From contig JAVJSW010000049.1 in the NCBI GenBank assembly GCA_040219255.1, positions 96,001 through 160,000 on the forward strand: a stretch of DNA of 64,000 nt. The letters are read 5' to 3'. The stretch is from Sumerlaeia bacterium. GTDB lineage: Bacteria; Sumerlaeota; Sumerlaeia; SLMS01; JAHLLQ01. Of this stretch, positions 57,801 through 64,000 are shown in pieces; positions within the stretch are counted from its first letter, which is position 1, and each line of letters starts with the position of its first letter. The position numbers and the translations under genes were made by a program. The notes beneath the pieces were generated by a model. It saw only the letters and a program-made list of their open reading frames with translations, ran no database searches and had not been told where the DNA came from.

Positions 57801-58805
57801 ATAGGCCACCGAGACGTTGGGGTGGTATTCGTGGTACTTGAAGCGGAAGTCTTCCGGGCGTTGGACGTGGTTGACTTGCGTGAAAGGCATCCATTGGCCT
57901 TGGGACTTGGACCGGTTGGCAAAGGCCTCCGGCGCCAGATCGTAGTAGGCCCGGGTCATACCCCGGAATCCGAATTCGCCTGGGAAAGGAAAAACCCAGT
58001 ATTCGAGGGGGACCTGGTGGGGGCTGCTGGTCAGGTGGGCGCTGAGGGCGACGTCGATCTCGATGGCCAGTTCGCCCTGCGGTCCGTCCCAGAGGACGCG
58101 GTGCAAACGCGGCTGGTCCGGCGGCAGGCCCACCCCCACGCCGCCCCAGGGCCCCGTCAGGCCGCCCCACATATAGCGGGAAATCGCGCCGGTGGCTCCG
58201 GCGGCGATGGAGAACGTGTCCTGGATTTCGGCGTTGGCCAGGGCTTGCTGCGAGCCGTTCAAGTGGCCCTGCCACTCCAACTCCCCGTCCTCCGCGCCAT
58301 CGATGGGCACGGAGAAGCGAACGGTGACAATGCGTTCGTCCCCGAAAGTTTCGGGGTCGGCGTTCTCGATGGCGCCGAAAACCCGCAGGTATCCCTCGCC
58401 ATCGGCCCATCGGACCCAACCACGAAGCCCGCGCTCCTCGGAATGCCACTTGGCCGCGTCGCCGAGCGAATTGCTGATGAGCGCATCGCCGGACAGAGGC
58501 CAGCTCACTTGCCCGATGGCGGTCAATTGCGAGCGAACTTCCTCCTCGGCGAGCAAACTGCCCACGGTGTTTTCCGGCGCGGCTGTTGTGGAGGAGGGCT
58601 TGCCGGCGGCATCCGCCGAGCCCCTCCATTCCGTCACCGTGAGGGCCAGTGGCCGAGCCGACAAGGTCTGGCCATCCCTGGAGAGTTGGACTCCGTTTTC
58701 CCGTGTGACTTGCAAACCGTCTGGAGTAGCGGCCGCCAGAGTGCCGGCGAACGCGCAAACACCTGCGGCCGCCAGAGCCCGGCCCTTTTTCGAAAAGCAT
58801 CTCAT
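54885..58805 (-). CDS. Large secreted putative glycoside hydrolase with inserted CBM-like domain, Ig-like domain and F5/8-type C-terminal domain
   Basis: Signal peptide; barrel motifs G.YLDS, LLMAN, DVLGIE, CLHYGMWPGF; C-terminal LNDG..WAS..PHW discoidin-like domain. Confidence 0.7.
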   Translation of the reverse strand: MRCFSKKGRALAAAGVCAFAGTLAAATPDGLQVTRENGVQLSRDGQTLSARPLALTVTEWRGSADAAGKPSSTTAAPENTVGSLLAEEEVRSQLTAIGQVSWPLSGDALISNSLGDAAKWHSEERGLRGWVRWADGEGYLRVFGAIENADPETFGDERIVTVRFSVPIDGAEDGELEWQGHLNGSQQALANAEIQDTFSIAAGATGAISRYMWGGLTGPWGGVGVGLPPDQPRLHRVLWDGPQGELAIEIDVALSAHLTSSPHQVPLEYWVFPFPGEFGFRGMTRAYYDLAPEAFANRSKSQGQWMPFTQVNHVQRPEDFRFKYHEYHPNVSVAYNNQNDIWSLVYCEPTVQWVQMPAGMARDTAELFPYIDSLDTAQGSAVRSSGSYGPDGQFSTTFAIFPWADGARIPMNSNPRIPRTDRNPVNGFDLSWQPYSDLLARQQSAEPLAWKGGGVAERNVIQAQGRALRLADGSSAFQTIPAGRPGASELEVTVRYLAGENTRLMVRGASGDTKTLAPDAPHVWQRQTVAVDPGATNPRLELIAQGGEVLIDHVDARPAGDPSAGNLLENAGFEATAADAEAVTGFYLDSFEGWEAVQLDYRAANNALSPYPLTFHPATGAVGQINMWHNFAFAEEAARRVHQNGHLLMANTALYKFGWSGPLLDVLGIETNWGGGEHLTPPSIDMMDFIRTLSYQKPYCFLQNVPFDRFRGKKVEQYFARCLHYGMWPGFFSHDAASDPYWENARLYNEDRWLSLKFMAPQGLLTSMGWEPITLASLDRPDLLAERWGGGAYRGTPLNTRRVGFTLYNPSDVGRRGRVTLDPALFGDSPDVVAWDLIQGKRLSLSEDGRSFEADVAPLDVRAILVFRRDRESLETETRGARRAMAELADKWRRHGMIPGKMADEAEAFAGSSLTDPGRALATLAAWEKTLAPSLEDLYRDIEWTRQAAFLRTLESLLWQEIEGDRFEPMVPAVASPGYPLRIQLPERDGALLVRAGWGGELTRLPLDDHTATLLVSGDAPLGGEIRVVVTETGRGASLEERLLYEALLPIVPPVELGDIPAETVFRDRGRATLSVHNNLVEDLAARIRVEGLPAGLSATVEPAADLLLPDGETQELAIVFQPQGTSGEITAPVTVSLIGDQGQPLSKASFRVVRLSQESSLLRESSVEVATDSNFWGYTPRPLNDGVTDTSNKDWSEAAWASEEGLQPHWATFLLKEPRTLSRVAIHWAMDSNVHQTSQFVRIEGRTSPTAPWELLAEVRPGQPEERSEVSFEPRTLRELRVYQPTGSGPAARPGILWIEEVEAR

Positions 58806-58917
58806 GGCAATCTCACATCCTTGTAGTGGTCGTCTGGCTGCGCGGCGAGTCGTCCGGTCCCCGGTTGCGCGCCCGCGGGGGTGGGACTGGGCGAACCCTG
58901 GAAAGCCGCGGTGGTTC

Positions 58918-60402
58918 TCAGGGGATCGGCAGGGCGATGGGGCCGTGCTGGGGAGCCCAATCGGCGGGCGCCCAATCCGTGTCGGTCGTTCCCACCCAGA
59001 CGCGCAATGTCGAGCCTGAGCGCAGATTCAGCAACTCGAAGGGGACGGCATGGGAGATCGAATCGGCGGCGGTTTCGGGCTGGGTGTCGCTGAGAATCGG
59101 ACTCCATTGCCAGGCGCTCGCGGCGCCGCTGTGCCGATAGAGTTGCTGGCCCTCGATCATCATGTCGGCCCCGTGCTGCATCGCGGTCTCGTAACCCGTC
59201 GTGGTGTCGCCATCGGTGTCGAAATAGACGTGGAGTCCTTCGAGCCGAGGCGTTGCGGCGAAGCGCGTCGTGACAATCAGGTTCGAGGCGTCGGCGAAGA
59301 GCGAGACACCGGTGATGTCGTCCGCCATGCTGGCCGTGTCGCCCCGGGCGTCGGTGGCTTCTTCCTGGCTCAGCTTGTTCATCCTGCGTGTATCGGCGGG
59401 GGCTTTGACGGTCTGGCGCGTGGTGGTGCTTTGGCCGGAAACGGCCAGCGGCGCCGCGTCCGGCACGGCGTCAGAGAAGGTGCCGCCAAGGTCCATCGCC
59501 TGGGCCCAGACGCGGGCCGACTCCAGCGAACCACCGACGTCCTCGTCCGTAACCGTATAGGTGATGACATTGCCTGTCCAATCGGAGGCGTTTTCGTGCA
59601 GGAATTCCCAATTCCACTCGCGCGGGTTGCTGCCGGCGAAGCGGTACAGACGCGTGCCTTCGACCATGTACTCGGCGCCCGCGTGGGCGGAGGATTGGTA
59701 GCCCGTCCCGGAATCGCCATCCCCATCGACGTAGAATTGGTAGGTCGAGAAGGAAGTCAGTTCGATCGGGCGGGTGTACTCCACGGAGAAACGGAGGGCG
59801 TCGGAGGCGCGTTCGAGAGTGGCGCCCAGGAGATCGAAGTCCGCGTTGGCGGCGTCACCGCGCCGGTCGGCGATGTGGCGGGCGCCCTTGCTGTCCCAGG
59901 TCCGATCGGTCGTTGGACTGGAGCTTGCGGCGGGGGCCGCGGCGGGAGGGAGGTCTTCCCCGCGCAGGAAGGCGAGAAGCGCGTCCGCCGTCATAGGCCC
60001 GGTATGGCGGGCCAACTCGGTGGGGCTGCCGCCGCCGGAGAACAGGATCAGCGTCGGAACGCGATGCACGCCCATACGCGAGCAGAACGGATGCACCTGG
60101 CGGTCGTCCGCGTTGACGAAGAAAAGCTCTCGCTTCTCGAGTTCCTCGCGCACTTCCACCCGGTCGGTCATCAGGCTCTCGAGTTCCCGGCAGACGGTGA
60201 CGGTGCCGACACGGAAGTAAACGAGGGCGTTCGCGGGGGGGACGAAGGACTGGGAGCCGACGCGCTTCCAGTCGAGTTCGCCTCCGGTTGTCCGGCCCGC
60301 CGCGGGAGCGGAGCCGAGCAGCGCGAGGGCCAGGAGCAGCAGGAGTTCCCAGGCGGCGGCGCGCTTTCGCCAGCGCGGCGGGTCAGTCGGATTGGCAGTC
60401 AT
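58918..60402 (-). CDS. Exported thioredoxin-fold (no CxxC) protein with two DOMON-like modules
   Basis: Hydrophobic leader; VCREL and GVHRVPTLILF; two D..GD..D..G modules with Y.DxDGD..TGY..GA.YM.EG..LYR. Confidence 0.68.
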   Translation of the reverse strand: MTANPTDPPRWRKRAAAWELLLLLALALLGSAPAAGRTTGGELDWKRVGSQSFVPPANALVYFRVGTVTVCRELESLMTDRVEVREELEKRELFFVNADDRQVHPFCSRMGVHRVPTLILFSGGGSPTELARHTGPMTADALLAFLRGEDLPPAAAPAASSSPTTDRTWDSKGARHIADRRGDAANADFDLLGATLERASDALRFSVEYTRPIELTSFSTYQFYVDGDGDSGTGYQSSAHAGAEYMVEGTRLYRFAGSNPREWNWEFLHENASDWTGNVITYTVTDEDVGGSLESARVWAQAMDLGGTFSDAVPDAAPLAVSGQSTTTRQTVKAPADTRRMNKLSQEEATDARGDTASMADDITGVSLFADASNLIVTTRFAATPRLEGLHVYFDTDGDTTTGYETAMQHGADMMIEGQQLYRHSGAASAWQWSPILSDTQPETAADSISHAVPFELLNLRSGSTLRVWVGTTDTDWAPADWAPQHGPIALPIP

Positions 60403-61549
60403 GATAGGCCTCGATTCGCAGGCCGTCGCCGCAGCGGACCCGCCAGTAAGGGGCGCCCATGTCGTCGAGGACACGGCAAACGCCTTCAGTGTGCTCTTCT
60501 TCGCAGAGGACGAAGCAGGTGCCGCCTCCACCGGAGCCGTTGATCTTTCCGCCGAGCGCACCGTGCTCGCAGGCGTTCGCCAGGATGGAGTCGATGCGCT
60601 CTGTCGAAACACCCAGGGATTTGGAGAGTTGTGTGTGATGTAAACTGAGCAATTTTCCAAGCCTTTCCAGGTCGTGCCGGTCCATCGCGGGACCGCCTTG
60701 GTCAAAGAGTTCGCGCGCCGCTTCGGTCAGGCGCCGGTTCACGAGATTGCCTTCGATCAGCCGGCGAAGGGCGCCGTCCTCCGCCTGAGACTCGTCCGCC
60801 GAACCGTTCCCGCTCGTGAGCTTGCGATGCTCCCACTCGGCGAACGGATCGTGCTTGGTGGTGCAAACGAAGCCAGCCCTCTCCAGAGGGCGGCGCACAC
60901 GGCCCAACACGCCGTTCGTATCCTTGGGCTGGCCGCTGCCGATCAGCAGGATCACGCCCCCGAAACCCGGCAGCGTCTGCACCGGATAAGGCGGAAGCGT
61001 CTTGAGGTAGACCACCCCGCCGAAGGCCGAGGAGAACTGATCCATCATGCCGCCGGGCGAGCCAAATTCCAGCACTTCGCTCTGGTGTGCCAGCATCGCC
61101 ACCGCGTGCGGATCGTTGGCCCGGGGCGAACCGGCGGCGGCATAGAGAAACGCGGACCAGGCGATCTGAAGCGCCGAGGAGCTTGAGGCGCCCCCGTTGA
61201 TCGGGATCGTGCTCTTGACTTCCACGTCGTATCCGGCCGGCCAGGAAATCCCTTGGCGCAGAATGCAATTCGAAGCGGCGGGCAGATAATCGCGGTCGTG
61301 CCGGTAGGCGAACGGCTTGTTCGGGTCGTAGGAGAATTCCTCGCCCACGTCGGGCAGCGAGATGCGCCACTTAGGACCGTTGCGGCGTGAGCCGCGCAAC
61401 TCGACTCGCAGGTCGATGGCGCTGGCGATGACCGGCAATCCGAGGTAATCTTGATGTTCGCCGAAAAGACAGATGCGTCCGGGAGCGCTGGAAACCAAGC
61501 TCGCCGGGGGCGACACGACGCCCTCTTGATCCACTAGGAAGCCAGACAT
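60383..61549 (-). CDS. Galactokinase-family GHMP kinase
   Basis: SAPGRICLFGEHQDY, IP..GG.SSSSAL, MDQ, GGKINGSGGGG. Confidence 0.87.
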   Translation of the reverse strand: MSGFLVDQEGVVSPPASLVSSAPGRICLFGEHQDYLGLPVIASAIDLRVELRGSRRNGPKWRISLPDVGEEFSYDPNKPFAYRHDRDYLPAASNCILRQGISWPAGYDVEVKSTIPINGGASSSSALQIAWSAFLYAAAGSPRANDPHAVAMLAHQSEVLEFGSPGGMMDQFSSAFGGVVYLKTLPPYPVQTLPGFGGVILLIGSGQPKDTNGVLGRVRRPLERAGFVCTTKHDPFAEWEHRKLTSGNGSADESQAEDGALRRLIEGNLVNRRLTEAARELFDQGGPAMDRHDLERLGKLLSLHHTQLSKSLGVSTERIDSILANACEHGALGGKINGSGGGGTCFVLCEEEHTEGVCRVLDDMGAPYWRVRCGDGLRIEAYHDCQSD

Positions 61550-62628
61550 GGGGCGATCTCCGAGATTTCAATAGGCCGGCCTTCGCGCAGAGAACGCTCC
61601 GCGGCCAAGGCGATGAGCAGCGCGTCGCGCCCCACTTCGGCGCTGGCTGTGGGGACGGTTCGCCGGGCGCAGGCATCCAGAAATTCCCGCCGCTGCGTCT
61701 GGCAGCCGATGTGGCCGATGCCCTCGTTGTCCGCCAGCATGTCCATCCGCTCGAAAGTGAGCGGCTGCCCCAGACCGCCCACCCCCAGGCGCGCGTCCTG
61801 ATAGGCGATCATCTGGCGGCCGCTCAGGGAAATGGCGCCCACTTCCAGCCCTTCCGGCATCACATTGTGGGGGCGCAGGTACATGCACAAAATCAGGGAC
61901 GCGCGGCCACCATTCTCGTAGTCGATCGTCACCAGCGCGTGATCCACCGTGTCGATGGACGCGACGGCCAATGGCGGGTCGGGGCAGTAGTCGCAATCGA
62001 TGATCGAGCCGTCTTTCCAGACGTGCTGGCCACCGGTGGCCCAGACGCGCGTGGGGCGGCTGCCGATCATCCAGTTGAACAGGTCGAAGTGATGGCAGTC
62101 CTTCTCGACCATCGTGCCGCCGGTGGCGGCCTGGCTGTAGAACCAGGGTTTCTGCGGGAAGCACTGGCGCAGTTCCTTGCACCACATCAGGCGCACCGGA
62201 TGAGCCGGGTCGGCGGACAGCTCGGCCATGCGGCGATAGAGGTTCGAGTAGCGGTAGACGAGACCGATCTGAAGCACGGCGCCGCACCGTTCGGCCTTCG
62301 CGATAATCGCGTCGCAATCGCCGATGGTGTTCGAGATCGGTTTTTCGAGAAGAAGATCGGCGCCCGCGTCGAGACACGCCTCGGCCACCTCGCGATGAGC
62401 ATCGTCGGGCACCGCGATCACCACCGCGTCCGGCTTTTCATCCGCCAGCATGCGGCGGAAATCGGTGTAGTGGCGCGGTGCCTCGTGGCGCCATTCGATG
62501 GGGCGGATCGCCAACGCCGCCGCATCCCGGTCCGCCGTGGCCACCACGCGGCAATCGTCGAGCCTGTCGAACCCACGGGCGTGGGCCGCGCCCATATCGC
62601 CCAAACCAATAACTGCTATTCGAAGCAT
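61534..62628 (-). CDS. Gfo/Idh/MocA oxidoreductase
   Basis: IGLGDMG, AVPD..H, LLEKP, GG.MVEKDCHHFD. Confidence 0.9.
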   Translation of the reverse strand: MLRIAVIGLGDMGAAHARGFDRLDDCRVVATADRDAAALAIRPIEWRHEAPRHYTDFRRMLADEKPDAVVIAVPDDAHREVAEACLDAGADLLLEKPISNTIGDCDAIIAKAERCGAVLQIGLVYRYSNLYRRMAELSADPAHPVRLMWCKELRQCFPQKPWFYSQAATGGTMVEKDCHHFDLFNWMIGSRPTRVWATGGQHVWKDGSIIDCDYCPDPPLAVASIDTVDHALVTIDYENGGRASLILCMYLRPHNVMPEGLEVGAISLSGRQMIAYQDARLGVGGLGQPLTFERMDMLADNEGIGHIGCQTQRREFLDACARRTVPTASAEVGRDALLIALAAERSLREGRPIEISEIAPCLAS

Positions 62629-62685
62629 GATCGAAACCCTTCGCGGAAATGTCGGTTGCTGAAGCGTGGCGGAATCGCGAGTGCC

Positions 62686-63297
62686 TTACGGCGCGATCCC
62701 CGGGATTCCGGAGGACGAACCGCCATAACGCACCACGTCGCCATTGGACACGGTCCCGTTGGTGGCGTCGTACACGCCGTTCTCCGCGATGATTCCATCG
62801 TTGTCGGCCGGATCGCCCACCAGATCGAAGTCCAGATCGGGCCCCATGCTGCGGAGCGACCAGGCCTCCGCGTCCCAACGCAGAAAACCCACCGGCGGAT
62901 CGCTGGCGTAGTGGAAATATCGGTACGACGGGCCCCACGGCTCGGTGAAGTTCTTCTGCGGGTTGGCCGAGAGTTGGGGCTCGCCAGCCTGGAACGGATC
63001 GGCCGGAACGGACGTGATGTAGGCGATCGGCGTCGTCAGGAAGAAAACCGCCGTCTCGCCGTAGGGACCGCTCGTCGCCGGGTTGGTCCCGTAGAAGGGC
63101 GGGTAGTGGTTGTAGTCGACGACGTAAGCCTCGAAGGCGGTGGCCAGGGTACGCAGATCGGACTGGGCGCGGGAGACCTTGGAGCGCGTTTGCGCTTCCA
63201 GGAAGTTCGGCACGGCGATGGCCGCGAGGATGGCGATGATGGCGACGACGATGAGCAGTTCGATCAGCGTGAAGGCCGAGCGGCGGGAGTGAGTCAT
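62686..63297 (-). CDS. Prepilin-type N-terminal cleavage/methylation protein (GspG/pilin-like)
   Basis: RRSA|FTLIELLIVVAIIAILAAIAVPNF; C-terminal S.GPD..YD.TNGT.S.GD. Confidence 0.9.
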   Translation of the reverse strand: MTHSRRSAFTLIELLIVVAIIAILAAIAVPNFLEAQTRSKVSRAQSDLRTLATAFEAYVVDYNHYPPFYGTNPATSGPYGETAVFFLTTPIAYITSVPADPFQAGEPQLSANPQKNFTEPWGPSYRYFHYASDPPVGFLRWDAEAWSLRSMGPDLDFDLVGDPADNDGIIAENGVYDATNGTVSNGDVVRYGGSSSGIPGIAP

Positions 63298-63508
63298 GGC
63301 GGGTGTCCTCCGACAATTTTTCGCTCTCATTCTTTAAAGAGCTTGAATTTCTATGACGGTGCCCTCGACCCGCCCTCCTGTCAATGACTATCTCATCCCG
63401 ATTTCACGAGCGAATCACTTTTTTGCAGAAGCCTTAAAAATAAAAAATCACTCCACCGACTGGACTTGCGGCGGAGCGCTTCGTTTTTGTTCAAGCGGCT
63501 GCGTTTTT

Positions 63509-64000
63509 TTAGAGCACCTGCTCGAGGTTCACGTGCGAGGTCATGAAGATGTGGTGCAGCACGATGGCGGCGGCGCCGAGGGTGCTTTCGTTCTCGCGTT
63601 GCTGGCTGATGATGAGCCTGGTGCGGGGGCGGACCGCCGGGAGCACCAGCCGTTCGAGGTTTTTCTCCACCATCGGCATGAACAGCGCGTTCGAGCGGCA
63701 CACGCGGCCTGTCAGGATCACCGCCTCCGGGTTGAACAGGGAAATCACCGTCGCGATGCCGTAAGCCAGATGCAGTGCGAAGCGCTCGATCACCTCCGTC
63801 GCCTCTCGATCGCCCTGGGATGCCATTTCGGCGATCTCCGAGGCGTCGCGGAAGTTCAGGCCCGCCAGCCGGCCGAGGCGGGCGATGCCGGCACCGGACG
63901 CCACGTTCTCCAGCCCGCGCTCGATCCCCGTGTACCAGGGCACGCCGGCGTCGCCGAGGGGGATGTGACCCAGTTCGCCGGAGAATCCCATGGCGCCGCG
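63509..64000 (-). CDS. ROK family transcriptional regulator (C-terminal part; 5' end outside the window)
   Basis: G..GFSGELGHI, LENVASG, LFNPEAVILTG, LGAA; regulator versus kinase cannot be decided without the N-terminus. Confidence 0.8.
   Translation of the reverse strand, partial: RGAMGFSGELGHIPLGDAGVPWYTGIERGLENVASGAGIARLGRLAGLNFRDASEIAEMASQGDREATEVIERFALHLAYGIATVISLFNPEAVILTGRVCRSNALFMPMVEKNLERLVLPAVRPRTRLIISQQRENESTLGAAAIVLHHIFMTSHVNLEQVL

Noticed and set aside
39238-58826. Very long antisense or alternate-frame ORFs (e.g. 39238-41838 -, 44652-46694 +, 54852-58826 +, 48896-49993 + extension)
   Set aside because: Shadow ORFs expected from high GC3; no recognisable motifs, and they overlap well-supported genes

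Overview
High-GC bacterial chromosome segment with no CRISPR array, prophage or intact IS. The pilin-like gene family and short Trp-containing C-terminal tails suggest Sumerlaeota (BRC1) or a relative; this is inferred from recall, not tested. Region 1 (1-16 kb): secreted and envelope genes, ugd, a membrane-tethered ECF sigma factor and dxr-rseP. Region 2 (16-33 kb): an ABC-transporter (Wzm/Wzt) surface-polysaccharide cluster with several methyltransferases and an unusual cytidylyltransferase/cyclase/dehydrogenase/SDR cassette. Region 3 (33-39 kb): a GYF_2-LITAF protein, rsmG, a DPM1-like glycosyltransferase, tRNA-Pro(CGG), a kinase-cNMP fusion, an inverted-repeat element and trpE. Region 4 (39-64 kb): a carbohydrate-degradation locus with two GH114-like paralogs, three DUF4832-type hydrolases, a repeated DOMON-like module, a Leloir-like kinase/nucleotidyltransferase/epimerase set, a pilin-like gene and a ROK regulator with candidate operators. 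The best candidates for new biology are that pilin-led locus, possibly targeting galactosamine polymers, and a putative C-terminal S-x-x-x-[DE]-W export/sorting signal. All family assignments come from motifs recognised by eye; no database searches were run.
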